Shown: piece by piece, positions 17,269 to 27,243 of the stretch
Numbering within the stretch: position 1 is the first letter of the stretch
How the letters are laid out: each line of letters starts with the position of its first letter
NCBI GenBank assembly: GCA_945906815.1
Contig: CAMDRT010000003.1
Span: 82,766-146,765, forward strand
Direction: 5' to 3'
Origin: Bordetella parapertussis
GTDB taxonomy: Bacteria; Pseudomonadota; Gammaproteobacteria; Burkholderiales; SG8-41
DNA: 64,000 nt
Translations under genes and position numbers: made by a program
The notes under the pieces: model-generated
The model's database searches: none
What the model saw: only the letters and a program-made list of their open reading frames with translations
What the model was told of the DNA's origin: nothing

Positions 17269-18564
17269 ATGAAATCATTCGTCTTGATGGTGGTTTTTTT
17301 TCTGAGCACGCCGGTATTCGGTGCGCTTTCCGGCGTCACTGAATTCAGCGCCAGTCCTGAACAAGTCACGGCGGCCGAACTTTCTGCATTGCTGCGTGCG
17401 CACGTCGATGCAGCCGACGTTATTGCCATCGGAGAAAGTGTGCATGGCTCTTCGGGGTTGTTGAGAATGCAGACGCGGCTCATACGTTACCTGGTTGTGA
17501 GCCATGGTTTAAGGTTAATTGTGTGGGAAAATCCGGCGCTGCGCAGCCTTGAATTTGCGCGCTGGGTTTCGTCGTGCACAACAGCCGCGACGCCGCCACC
17601 GCTGGCCGTACTGTATATGCCTACCGCAGCGGATTTGCCCTTGTGGGACTGGGTGTGTCAATTCAATCTTGCGCATCCCGCTGACCCCATCGTCTTTCGC
17701 GGCATGGATGTTTGGGATCGCCCGTGGGAACACTACGCGAGAATCCGCGCCTTCGGCCTGCATACGGGGATTGATCCGCGACTGATCAAAAGCATAGCCA
17801 CTACTTGCCCGGCGTATGCAACCTCGTCGTGGCCTGAGGTGGAGTTGGTTTTCGCCACATCGCAACACGACGGGAAGTTCCTGCCCGAGGCCGCTTACGA
17901 ACACTGCCGCGCCCATTTGACCGCGCTCCTCAATACCGCAACACTTTCGGGCATCGAAAAGCTGAAGAAAAAAGAGCCGCATGCCGCTGAGGCTTTTGAA
18001 CTGGCGATCTCGGCTTCAACCCTGCTGGGATGGCTGGGGTTTTACCATCACGAACGCGCAGACGATATTCTGAGCTGGAACGAGCGCGACAGGGCGCAAG
18101 GCAGAAACTTAATGCTGCTGATGGCAAAACATGAAGCTACCCGCGCCATTTTGTCTGCCCACACCAGCCACGTGTCACACAATCGATCACGCGCTGACTG
18201 GTGGGGCTATGGCGATCTTAAATCTGGCGTGTTCTTTTTTAGCGCGATGACCCGCAAGAAGGTCTTCACTATCGCACTCACCGCCTATAGCGCGACGGGA
18301 ACGCAAGGCTACTGGTCGCTTCCCGCCGCCAGCAACTCGCTGGATAAGAAGCTGCATGATGCCGGGCACAGGTTTTCATACTTTGCAGCCCAGGCCGCTT
18401 TTTTGTCAGAACACCCAAAATGGTGGATGCAGAATCAGAATTTCCCCGGGCCCTATGAAAGCGGCGTTGAACTCACGCCAGCGGATCACTTCGATGCCTT
18501 TATCTTTATGGACCGCTCGCCTCTCGACCAAGCTCTACCCCAAAGACCGATGTGGCAACCTTAA
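17269..18564 (+). CDS. erythromycin esterase-family (Ere-like) protein with signal peptide
   Basis: MKSFVLMVVFFLSTPVFG signal peptide. VIAIGESVHGSSGLLRMQTRLIRYLV and WNERDRAQGRNLMLLM match the Ere-family GExxHG and RDxxMxxN motifs. Confidence 0.75.
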   Translation: MKSFVLMVVFFLSTPVFGALSGVTEFSASPEQVTAAELSALLRAHVDAADVIAIGESVHGSSGLLRMQTRLIRYLVVSHGLRLIVWENPALRSLEFARWVSSCTTAATPPPLAVLYMPTAADLPLWDWVCQFNLAHPADPIVFRGMDVWDRPWEHYARIRAFGLHTGIDPRLIKSIATTCPAYATSSWPEVELVFATSQHDGKFLPEAAYEHCRAHLTALLNTATLSGIEKLKKKEPHAAEAFELAISASTLLGWLGFYHHERADDILSWNERDRAQGRNLMLLMAKHEATRAILSAHTSHVSHNRSRADWWGYGDLKSGVFFFSAMTRKKVFTIALTAYSATGTQGYWSLPAASNSLDKKLHDAGHRFSYFAAQAAFLSEHPKWWMQNQNFPGPYESGVELTPADHFDAFIFMDRSPLDQALPQRPMWQP

Positions 18565-19967
18565 CGCCGCTGCCGGGCCTGCTGATCATCGGTGTGGGCG
18601 CCTCCATTGCGCCGATGGATTTCGCAGTCAACGTAGCCTTTCCCGCGATCACCGCGGCCTTCGCGCTCGATGTGCAGTCGATCCGCTGGGTGGTGATCTG
18701 CTACGTCATCACCTATGCCAGCCTGATGCTGGCCTTCGGCAAACTCGGCGACATCGTGGGTCACCGCCGCGTATTTCACGCCGGCCTGCTGACGGGCACG
18801 CTTGCGTTCGCCGCGTGCGGGCTGGCGCCAACCTATGCCTGGCTGCTGGTGGCGCGTGTGTTGCAGGGCATAGCGACTGCTCTGGTGCTTAGTTGTGCGC
18901 CGGCGCTGGTGGTGGCAGTTTGCGGCGAGCAACGACGCACCTGGGCGCTCAGCCGTTATGCCATGATCGCCGCGGTGGCCGGCATCCTGGGGCCCATCAT
19001 CGGTGGCGCCGCAATACAGTGGCTGGGCTGGGCGGGTGTGTTCTGGTTTCGCCTGCCGGTGGCGGTGCTGGCGCTGGTGCTGCTGGCGCGCTTACCGGCA
19101 GCGCCGGCAGTGCCGGTTATGGCGGACGCACCGCGACGCTTCGATCCTGTTTCTTCGGCGTTGCTCGCAGGTGGACTGGCATTGCTGCTGTTAGGTCCCG
19201 GTCTCTGGTCTGGCCCCACGTACATAGCATTGCCGCTTGCGGCGGGTGTCGCGGGCATAGGCTTACTCGCACTGTTTGCGCTGCGCGAGCGCCGTGATGC
19301 GGAGCCGGTGCTGCCGCCCTCAGCCGTGCGCGATCCCGTCATGCTGGCAGCCAACGTCACCAGTGTGCTGGTCAATCTCGTTGCCTTTTCGATTCCCCTG
19401 CTGGCGCCCTACTACCTGGCGCGTATCGGCGGCTTCAGTGCCATCACCATGGGCCTGTTGCTGGCGATGTCAACGGTGGGTGTGTTCGCGGCATCTACCG
19501 TCACACCGCGCGTGGTGCGTGCACTCGGACAACGCCGTGCCGCCCTGCTGGGCGCTGCGCTGGTGGCGCTGGCGCAAGGCTTCATCGCACTCTGGCCGAT
19601 GGCGCCGTCGGCGGCCGTACTGATGACAGGGCTGCTGCTGCATGGTCTTGGTGTGGGGCTGTTTCAGGTCAGTTATACCGATCTCATAGTCGCCACGCTG
19701 CCGCAGAAAAATCGCGGCATCGCCGGCAGCCTCACCATGCTAACCCGCACCATCGGCGTCATTCTCGCCGCGGTGATTCTGAGCAGCGCCGTGCAGGCGC
19801 TCGAAGCCCGCCACCTGGCGGCTGGGCAGGCAGCGGCTGAGGCGTTTCATGCAGCCTTCAGTAGCGTGTTTCTGTATTCCGGACTGCTGCTGGCCGTATT
19901 ACTGCTGTTGGCCGCCGTGGCGCCGACCCTCTGGCGCAAAGCTAAAACCCGTGCTTTGCGGAAGTAG
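18552..19967 (+). CDS. MFS transporter (drug:H+ antiporter-like, about 14 TMS)
   Basis: The GTG start overlaps the esterase gene by 13 nt. Motif A GKLGDIVGHRRVF. 471 aa. Confidence 0.85.
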   Translation: MATLTPLPGLLIIGVGASIAPMDFAVNVAFPAITAAFALDVQSIRWVVICYVITYASLMLAFGKLGDIVGHRRVFHAGLLTGTLAFAACGLAPTYAWLLVARVLQGIATALVLSCAPALVVAVCGEQRRTWALSRYAMIAAVAGILGPIIGGAAIQWLGWAGVFWFRLPVAVLALVLLARLPAAPAVPVMADAPRRFDPVSSALLAGGLALLLLGPGLWSGPTYIALPLAAGVAGIGLLALFALRERRDAEPVLPPSAVRDPVMLAANVTSVLVNLVAFSIPLLAPYYLARIGGFSAITMGLLLAMSTVGVFAASTVTPRVVRALGQRRAALLGAALVALAQGFIALWPMAPSAAVLMTGLLLHGLGVGLFQVSYTDLIVATLPQKNRGIAGSLTMLTRTIGVILAAVILSSAVQALEARHLAAGQAAAEAFHAAFSSVFLYSGLLLAVLLLLAAVAPTLWRKAKTRALRK

Positions 19968-20041
19968 TGTAAGTTCGATCCACAGTTGAATAAACGTAAA
20001 TAAAACAAACACGTATGTGCATTGTCGAGCACTGAACCTGA

Positions 20042-21316
20042 ATGGTATACGATCACACTATGTCGCCAAATGCTACAGCCCCGTCCCGCGGCCCCGCTCT
20101 TTCCGGGCTGCGCGTCATCGACCTGGCGCGGGTGCTCGCCGGTCCGACCTGCGCGCAGACGCTGGCCGACCTAGGCGCCGATGTGGTCAAGATCGAGCGC
20201 CCCGGCGTCGGTGACGACACGCGTCCGTGGGGCCCGCCGTGGCTGCCAGACGAGCAGGGTGTACCCACGCGCGATTCGACCTACTTCAGCAGCGCCAATC
20301 GCAACAAGCGTTCCATCGCGATCGACCTTGCCAACGACGCGGGTGCAGCGCTGGTGCGCCGGCTCGCGTGTGAGGCCGATGTGCTGATCGAGAACTACAA
20401 GGTCGGCGACTTCGCGCGGCGCGGGCTCGATTATGCGACGTTGTCCGTGCTCAACCCACGGCTAATCTATTGCTCGATCACCGGCTTCGGCCAGACCGGG
20501 CCGTTGCGCGAACGGCCGGGCTACGACTATATTTTTCAGGGTGTCGGCGGTCTGATGAGCGTGACCGGGCTGCCTGACGACGTGCCCGGCGGCGGGCCGA
20601 TGAAGATCGGCGCCTCCATCGTCGATCTTTCGACCGGGCTTTATGCAGGCATCGCCATTCTGGCGGCATTGCGCGAGCGCGATGCGAGCGGGCTCGGCCA
20701 GTATATTGACATGGCACTGTTCGACACCGTCGCAGCGCTCAGCACACACCAGGCGGCAAGTTATTTTCAGACCGGCAAAGTGCCGGGCCGCATGGGCACC
20801 TCCTCCGGCGGCATCATGATGCCGTACGAGACCTTCAAGTGCGCGGACGGACATCTCATCGTCGCTTGCGGCAACAATACGCAATGGCAATCCTTGTGCA
20901 AAGCACTGGCGCGCGACGATCTTGCGCGTGACCCGCGGCTTGCCACGCCGTCGACGCGTCAGATCAACCGCGATTTCGCGCTCGGCGAACTGCGACGCAC
21001 CTTCGCGCAAAACAAGGTCGATGATCTCGCGACCAAGCTCGATGCGCACGGCGTGCCGAACGGACCGATCAACGATCTGAAACAGGTGTTTGAGATGGAA
21101 CAGGCCAGTGTGCGCGGCCTCAAAATCGATCTCGAACGCAGCGACGGAACCAAGGTCGCCGGTGTTGGCAGTCCCATCCGCTTGAGCGCGACCCCCGTGC
21201 AGTACCGCAGTGCAGCGCCGAAGCTCGGTGAACATGCTGTTGCCGTGCTGACAGACTGGCTAGGCGCTGGAACGGTGGAGATCGAACAGTTGCGCGCGGC
21301 CGGCGCACTCGGCTGA
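20042..21316 (+). CDS. CaiB/BaiF family-III CoA-transferase
   Basis: LSGLRVIDLARVLAGPTCAQTLADLGADVVKIERP and ENYKVG. An alternative ATG lies at 20060. Confidence 0.9.
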   Translation: MVYDHTMSPNATAPSRGPALSGLRVIDLARVLAGPTCAQTLADLGADVVKIERPGVGDDTRPWGPPWLPDEQGVPTRDSTYFSSANRNKRSIAIDLANDAGAALVRRLACEADVLIENYKVGDFARRGLDYATLSVLNPRLIYCSITGFGQTGPLRERPGYDYIFQGVGGLMSVTGLPDDVPGGGPMKIGASIVDLSTGLYAGIAILAALRERDASGLGQYIDMALFDTVAALSTHQAASYFQTGKVPGRMGTSSGGIMMPYETFKCADGHLIVACGNNTQWQSLCKALARDDLARDPRLATPSTRQINRDFALGELRRTFAQNKVDDLATKLDAHGVPNGPINDLKQVFEMEQASVRGLKIDLERSDGTKVAGVGSPIRLSATPVQYRSAAPKLGEHAVAVLTDWLGAGTVEIEQLRAAGALG

Positions 21317-21407
21317 TCACGACGCTGGTCAGCGGCGAGACACTGATGCAATAATGGGGGGATACCCTTCGCGCGAGGTCTGCGCCATGAACAGAGGACA
21401 GGAAATA

Positions 21408-22376
21408 ATGAAATTTTGCACTGGGATCCTTGCTTTACTGACGCTGGCTTGCAGCGTTGCTGCCAACGCCCAGCAGAACTATCCAAGTCGCCCGCTGCGC
21501 GTGGTGGTGTTTCTTCCGCCCGGCGGCGCGGCGGACGTACTGATGCGCGTGATGGGGCAAAAGCTCGGCGACTTGCTTGGGCAGACCGTGGTGATTGACA
21601 ACCGTCCGGGCATGGGCGGGGTGATCGGCACCAACGTGGTCGCCAAGGCCGCACCCGACGGGTATACGCTGCTGCACAGCGGTATCACCACCCACGGCAT
21701 CGGCCCGCACATCTATACCAGCCTGCCGTACGATCCGGTGAAGGATTTCGCGCCGATCGTGCTCTCCGCGACCATGCCGGTGTTCATGTTGGCGCATACG
21801 CAGGCGCCGGTGAAATCCGTACAGGAGGTCATTACGCTCGCCAAATCCAAGCCCAACGCGTTGAGCTGGGGTTCGCCCGGCACAGGCAGCGCGCCGCATA
21901 TGGTCGGTGAGATGTTCAAGATCGTCACCGCGATACCGAGTGAGCACATTCCGTACAAAGGCAGCGGTACCGGCGCGCCTGCGCTTGCGGCGGGAGAGAT
22001 ACCGGTGTTCTTCGACGCGGTGGCAGGCCATCAGGCGTTCATCAGATCGGGCCGCGTGCGCGCACTCGCCGTGACTAGCCCCGCGCGCGTCTCTGCCTAC
22101 CCCGATGTGCCCACCATGAAGGAATCCGGCCTCGCCAAGGTGGATGGCACCGTGTGGTACGGGCTGCAAGCGCCCGCCGGCACGCCGAAACACATCATCA
22201 TCAAGCTCAACACGGAATCCAATCGCGTGCTCGCCATGCAGGACGTGAAAGACCGCCTGACGGCGGTAAGCATCGACGCGGCAGGCAGCTCGCCGGAGGC
22301 ATTCAGCAAGTTCATCCGCGCCGAGCTCGACAAGTGGGGGCCGGTGGTGAAGGCGGCCGGGGTGAAGGCGAACTAA
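21408..22376 (+). CDS. Bug/TctC-family substrate-binding protein
   Basis: MKFCTGILALLTLACSVAANA signal peptide, then YPSRPLRVVVFLPPGGAADVLMRVM and PDGYTLL. Confidence 0.9.
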   Translation: MKFCTGILALLTLACSVAANAQQNYPSRPLRVVVFLPPGGAADVLMRVMGQKLGDLLGQTVVIDNRPGMGGVIGTNVVAKAAPDGYTLLHSGITTHGIGPHIYTSLPYDPVKDFAPIVLSATMPVFMLAHTQAPVKSVQEVITLAKSKPNALSWGSPGTGSAPHMVGEMFKIVTAIPSEHIPYKGSGTGAPALAAGEIPVFFDAVAGHQAFIRSGRVRALAVTSPARVSAYPDVPTMKESGLAKVDGTVWYGLQAPAGTPKHIIIKLNTESNRVLAMQDVKDRLTAVSIDAAGSSPEAFSKFIRAELDKWGPVVKAAGVKAN

Positions 22377-22404
22377 GATTACAAGTAAAGCGGAGAAACC
22401 AACC

Positions 22405-22815
22405 ATGACTACAAACGGCATCGTGCAGGCACTCAACATCAATGACCTGACGCGGTATGCGCCCGAAGCGCGGGTCAATCAGCCTTTGCTGCAATCGAAA
22501 GATCTCGTTACGCGCATGAACTGCTACGAGCCGGGGCAGGTAACCCCCTTCCATGTGCATCCCAACGACGATGAAATCATATTTTGTGTCGAGGGCCGCG
22601 GCGCGATTACATTCGAGACGTTGGACGCGGTGCCGATGGCGCCAGGCAGCCTGGTGAGTTTGCCGGCAGGTCTCCCGCATGGCATCGAGGCCGCAGCGGA
22701 TAGTCGGATGGTCGTCATCTACACCACCAACGCGGGTTACAGCAGCGTGCGGCTGGAGGGGCGCGCCGCCGAGGCGGGCATAGCCATGCACGGAGAGCAC
22801 CACCCGCGCGAATGA
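22405..22815 (+). CDS. cupin-domain protein
   Basis: 136 aa. GQVTPFHVHPNDDEIIFCVEGRG...LPAGLPHGI matches the cupin motifs GxxxxHxH...E and PxGxxH. Confidence 0.8.
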   Translation: MTTNGIVQALNINDLTRYAPEARVNQPLLQSKDLVTRMNCYEPGQVTPFHVHPNDDEIIFCVEGRGAITFETLDAVPMAPGSLVSLPAGLPHGIEAAADSRMVVIYTTNAGYSSVRLEGRAAEAGIAMHGEHHPRE

Positions 22816-23783
22816 AAATTCAACGCACGCTACTTGCACTGGCGTTACTCTGTTTCGGCGCTAGCGGATGGACCCAAGGCTGGGCGCCGCAACGCAATGT
22901 TGAAATCGTTGTCGGCTACGCACCGGGCGGCGGTGTCGACCGCACGGCGCGCGCGCTGGAACGGATTTTCACCGCCAACAAGCTGGTGAACACGAGCGTA
23001 GCAGTCGCCAACAAGCCCGGCGGCAACACCATCATTGCCTACAACTACCTCAGCCAGCGTCCTGCGGATGGGCATACGATCATGGTGTTTGGGCAGACGC
23101 TGCTGACCACGCACATCTCGGGCGCCAGTCCGCTCACCTACACAGACTTCACACCCATCGCATCGTTATTCAGCGAGTACCATGTATACGTGGTCAGTGC
23201 CAACACGCCGGTCAGAACCGGCAAGGACCTGGTGCAGCGCCTGAAAAATGATGTCAAGGTGGTGTCGACTGCTGTCTCGGCCATCGGCAGCCCGGGTCAC
23301 ATTTCAGTCGGACTGCTCAACAAAGCGATAGGCAACAACGCGAAAGATCTCAAGATTATCGCCTTCAAAGGGTCTGCCGAAGCCCTGACCCATGTGCTCG
23401 GCGGGCATATCGAACTCACGCCAGCCCCAGCCAGTCTTGCGGCGCCACACCTTGCCTCTGCGCAGGTGCGCGCGGTGGCCGTGGCTGCTCCCAAACGGCT
23501 CGGCGGTGCGTACGCTGCCATCCCGACGTGGAGAGAACAGGGTGTGGATCTCGTGTACGGTCCCTGGCGCGGAATTCTTGCGCCGAAGGGCCTGCCCGCC
23601 GCTCAGATCGCCTACTGGGAAAATGTGCTGCGCAAGGCAGCCGAATCCGCAGAATGGAAAAGCGACATCGAAAAAATTTTTGCGGTGGAAGAATTTTTGA
23701 CCGGCATAAAGCTCCGGCAGAATCTCGAAAAAGAGTACGCCGACACCAAAACGGTGTTGCTTGATCTGGGAATGGCCAAGTAA
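22812..23783 (+). CDS. Bug/TctC-family substrate-binding protein
   Basis: ATGA overlap with the cupin gene. Signal peptide, then NVEIVVGYAPGGGVDRTARAL. Confidence 0.9.
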   Translation: MKIQRTLLALALLCFGASGWTQGWAPQRNVEIVVGYAPGGGVDRTARALERIFTANKLVNTSVAVANKPGGNTIIAYNYLSQRPADGHTIMVFGQTLLTTHISGASPLTYTDFTPIASLFSEYHVYVVSANTPVRTGKDLVQRLKNDVKVVSTAVSAIGSPGHISVGLLNKAIGNNAKDLKIIAFKGSAEALTHVLGGHIELTPAPASLAAPHLASAQVRAVAVAAPKRLGGAYAAIPTWREQGVDLVYGPWRGILAPKGLPAAQIAYWENVLRKAAESAEWKSDIEKIFAVEEFLTGIKLRQNLEKEYADTKTVLLDLGMAK

Positions 23784-23898
23784 TGGAGCAGCGTGAACCC
23801 TACACGCACAACGAGGGGGTTGTCGCTCGACAAGTTGCGTGCGCGGCCGCATCGGGTGGAGAATCAGGCTCGGGGTCCAAACAGGAGGAGAGCAAGCC

Positions 23899-24843
23899 AT
23901 GTCGGTACTAGCGGTGCGGGAAACAGTAGTGCAGCAGGCGGGGGCTGTCGTTGTTGTTCCGATGGCGATTCACATCGGCGCCGAGATCCGCGGTGTCGAC
24001 CTGTCGCGTCCGTTGACGGCGCAGCAAGTGAGTGCTGTGCGTGCTGCGCTACTGCGCTGGAAAGTGGTGTTCTTTCACGATCAGATGCTCGATCACCGCA
24101 AGCATATCGCTGCCGCGCGCCAGTTCGGCGAAACCACCGCCGGACACGTGGTCTACGGCAGCGACGGCGAGTATCCACAAATTTATTCTGTGGCGAAGAA
24201 TCGCAAGGCCAACCGCTTCCAGGGTCAAACCCTGTTCCGCGCGTGGTCGGGTTGGCACACTGACATCACGGCAGCGATCAATCCGCCTGCGGCGTCTATC
24301 CTGCGCGGCGATATCGTGCCGCCCTACGGCGGCGACACCCTGTTCACTAATCTGGTCGCGGCCTACAACGCGCTATCGCCGGTGATGCAGACCTTTGTAA
24401 ATGGCTTGCGTGGCGTGCATCGATTCGCGCCGCCGCCTGGCGTGGACGAGACGCCAGAGTATCGGGAACTGATGCGCAAGCGCACCCTGGTGAGCGAGCA
24501 CCCCATTGTGAGAGTACATCCGGAATCCGGCGAGAGGGCGCTGTTCGTGAGCCCGTCGTTCCTGAAGTCGATAGTCGGCTTGTCGGCGCGCGAGAGCCAG
24601 GTGCTGCTCGAGTTCCTGTGGGAGCATAGCGTGAGACCCGAATTCACTGTGCGCTTTCGCTGGGCGCCGGGCAGCGTTGCGTTCTGGGATAACCGCGCTA
24701 CGGCACACCTGGCACCCAGAGATATCTTCGATTCGGACTTCGATCGCCAGTTCTATCGCGTCACGCTGGTCGGCGATGTGCCGGTGGGCGTGGATGGCAA
24801 GCCCTCGCAGGCGGTTGAGGGTGATCCGATCGTTGCGTTATAG
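23899..24843 (+). CDS. TauD/TfdA-family Fe(II)/2-oxoglutarate dioxygenase
   Basis: AGGAGGA RBS before ATG 23899. WHTDITA, GGDTLFTN, FWDNRATAHLA. Confidence 0.9.
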   Translation: MSVLAVRETVVQQAGAVVVVPMAIHIGAEIRGVDLSRPLTAQQVSAVRAALLRWKVVFFHDQMLDHRKHIAAARQFGETTAGHVVYGSDGEYPQIYSVAKNRKANRFQGQTLFRAWSGWHTDITAAINPPAASILRGDIVPPYGGDTLFTNLVAAYNALSPVMQTFVNGLRGVHRFAPPPGVDETPEYRELMRKRTLVSEHPIVRVHPESGERALFVSPSFLKSIVGLSARESQVLLEFLWEHSVRPEFTVRFRWAPGSVAFWDNRATAHLAPRDIFDSDFDRQFYRVTLVGDVPVGVDGKPSQAVEGDPIVAL

Positions 24844-24905
24844 TGGTCATCACAGGGCGACGACGCCTTCGTTTAGACACACAGGGAGATTAAGCATGAG
24901 CACGA

Positions 24906-25684
24906 CATGGTGCAGGTTTCAGGCAGGTGATAAGGTGTCCTACGGCAGGGTCGACGGTGATAGCGTTATTGCGGTGGACGGCGCGCCATGGGGCGCTTAC
25001 ACGGCAACGTCGACGCGGCATGCGCTGTCGTCGGTGAAGCTGTTGATTCCGACGGTGCCGTCGACGTTCTACTGCGTGGGCATCAATTATCGCGAGCACA
25101 TCATTCAGGCAGCCAAGCGCCGGGGCGTCGAGCCGGTGTTCCCGCAAAGACCGGACATCGGTTACCGCGCCAACAACGCGCTGTGCGCGCACGAGGATCC
25201 CATCGTCAAACCCAAAGACGCTGGCGACATTTTTCAGTACGAAGGCGAACTCGTCGCCGTGATCGGCAAGCAAGGCAAAAAAATCCCTGCGGAAAAGGCG
25301 CTGGACCACGTGTTCGGCTGGACCATCGGCAACGATGTCAGCGAGCGCACCTGGCAGCGCGGCGACCGCACCCTGTGGCGCGGAAAAAATGCAGACAGCT
25401 TCAAGCCGATGGGGCCGTGGATCGTCACCGGCGTGGACTACCGCAAGATGACTACCGTGGTGCGCCTGAATGGACAGGAAGTGGACCGCTTTGCCACCGC
25501 CGACATGATCCACGACGTCGAGACCTACATCGCCGAGGTGAGCAAGTACTGCACGCTCTACCCGGGCGATGTGATGTGGATGGGCACCGACGGCTCGCCG
25601 CGCAACATGAAGCCTGGCGACGTATGCGAAGTCGACATCTCCGGCATCGGCACCCTGCGTAACAAGGTGGTCGCAGAGGACTGA
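24906..25684 (+). CDS. fumarylacetoacetate hydrolase (FAH)-family protein
   Basis: GGGAGA RBS. CVGINYREH, YEGELVAVIGKQGK, GWTIGNDVSERTWQ. Confidence 0.9.
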
Positions 25685-25748
25685 GACACCACTGCTGTTG
25701 GGCTTACCAGCCCAACCTACCGAACTCCTCGCTGGGGCGGTAGTGAAA

Positions 25749-26600
25749 TCAGGCGGGCGCCGCGCCGCGCACACAGGTACGCTGCAACACTCGTGGGAAA
25801 CGCGCCGCGTCGAAATTGGTGTTGGCACGGTGCAGCAGGCAGCGGTTATCCCACATCAGCAGATCGCCCGCCATCCATTTGTGGCGGTAGACGAAACGTT
25901 CCTCCACCGCGTGCGCGGTCAGTTGTTCGAGGCGGGCGCGACCTACTTCCTCAGGATGGCCGTCGAAGAAGACGGCGCGCTCCCCCATGAACAGCGCCTT
26001 CCTGCCGCTTTCAGGGATCGTGCGTACCAGAGGGTGCGACATGGGCGGGGCGTCGGCGATTTCTTCCGGCGGCGCTTGGGTCCCCGCGCGGGCCTGGGAA
26101 ATCTCCCAGCTATGCACCACGCGCACAGCGTCGAGTTCCGCCTTTTCGTCCGCCGGCAGAGCTTCGTAAGCCGCGATCATGTTGGCGAAACAGGTTTCTC
26201 CCCCATCCGGGGGCATCACCAAAGCGTGCAGAATGGTCGCGAGCGAGGGTTGGGGGCGAAAGGATTTGTCGGAATGCCAGAGGGTGGAGGCGACCTTGCC
26301 GCTGGGTTTCCCGTCGGCACCCAGATTGGTGACGATATGCACCAGCGGGTTCACCGTGCCGCGATTGCTGGCGATGTGGCGCTCCAGCGTACCGAATTGT
26401 TGCGTAAAGGCAATCTGCTGGTCCTGATCGAGATGCTGATCGCGGAAGCACAGCACGTGATAGTGGACGAAGGCGTCGTAAACCGCGCGTTGCGTGGCCT
26501 CTGTCAGCGGCTGATGCAGATCCAGGCCCATGATAGCCGCGCCGAGGACGGGGGACAGCGCTGAGGTGGTAAAAGTCTGGCGTTCGAGGGTGAGGACCAT
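25749..26600 (-). CDS. TauD/TfdA-family Fe(II)/2-oxoglutarate dioxygenase
   Basis: MVLTLERQTF... WHSDKSF, GGETCFANM, MWDNRCLLHRA. The track ORF begins 48 nt upstream. Confidence 0.9.
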   Translation of the reverse strand: MVLTLERQTFTTSALSPVLGAAIMGLDLHQPLTEATQRAVYDAFVHYHVLCFRDQHLDQDQQIAFTQQFGTLERHIASNRGTVNPLVHIVTNLGADGKPSGKVASTLWHSDKSFRPQPSLATILHALVMPPDGGETCFANMIAAYEALPADEKAELDAVRVVHSWEISQARAGTQAPPEEIADAPPMSHPLVRTIPESGRKALFMGERAVFFDGHPEEVGRARLEQLTAHAVEERFVYRHKWMAGDLLMWDNRCLLHRANTNFDAARFPRVLQRTCVRGAAPA

Positions 26601-26680
26601 GGTGTGCGCTCCCTGACTTTGTAGTGCTGGAATTCTACTCCCATCCATCGCGGCCTTGCACGTTACCAGCGGGCATCAAC

Positions 26681-27184
26681 CTACCTGCTGGCCTTCATCG
26701 TGGCTAGTGCGGCTAGAGCGGCGCCATTGACACGCACGATGCGCCATTCGGGCAATAGGCTTGCGCCCAGCCCCTGGTAGAAAGAGATCGCGGGTTCGTT
26801 CCAGTCCAGCACCGACCATTCAAAGCGTCCGCAGCCACGCGCAACGGCGATACGCGCAAGGTAAATCAACAAGGCGCGGCCGATGCCTTGCCGGCGATAG
26901 ACCGGCTTCACGTAGAGGTCTTCGAGGTAAAGCCCCTTGCGTCCGAGAAACGTCGAGTAATTGTGGAAATACAGGGCAAATGCGACCGGCATTTCTCCAA
27001 CCCGTGCAGTGACGGCCTCAATCACGGGCCGCTCGCCAAATAATTCGCCTTCAAGATTCTCGACTGTGCCGCTGAGCAGGTGTTCCAGCTTTTCGTACTG
27101 TGCCAGTTCGCGAATCATGGCGTGGATCGCCGGCACATGTTTACGTTCCGCGGGAACAATGCTGAAGGGCTGCGGGCTGTTCAT
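26681..27184 (-). CDS. GNAT-family N-acetyltransferase (diamine/SSAT-like)
   Basis: 167 aa from ATG 27184. LEDLYVKPVYRRQGIGRALL carries the acetyl-CoA motif Q/RxxGxG/A. FEWSVLDWNEPAISFY. Confidence 0.85.
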   Translation of the reverse strand: MNSPQPFSIVPAERKHVPAIHAMIRELAQYEKLEHLLSGTVENLEGELFGERPVIEAVTARVGEMPVAFALYFHNYSTFLGRKGLYLEDLYVKPVYRRQGIGRALLIYLARIAVARGCGRFEWSVLDWNEPAISFYQGLGASLLPEWRIVRVNGAALAALATMKASR

Positions 27185-27243
27185 GGAGACTCGATCGCAA
27201 GAAAGTAGAAAGTATTTTTGTATCGCCAATATTGTAGAGCAAC

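Noticed and set aside
16064-17278. Long shadow ORFs antisense or out of frame to real genes. Examples: 16064..17278(-) 404 aa, 15574..16752(+) 392 aa, 45612..46808(+) 398 aa, 1154..2227(+) 357 aa, 21435..22478(-) 347 aa, 10497..11405(+) 302 aa.
   Set aside because: Their Arg/Ala/Gly/His/Pro-rich, low-complexity translations are typical of alternative frames in high-GC DNA. Each fully overlaps a gene with clear family motifs on the other strand or frame.
17269-18564. Macrolide resistance determinant (ereA/ereB).
   Set aside because: Only family-level motifs are recognisable, and most Ere-family proteins are not resistance enzymes. The signal peptide and chromosomal context argue against calling it ere.
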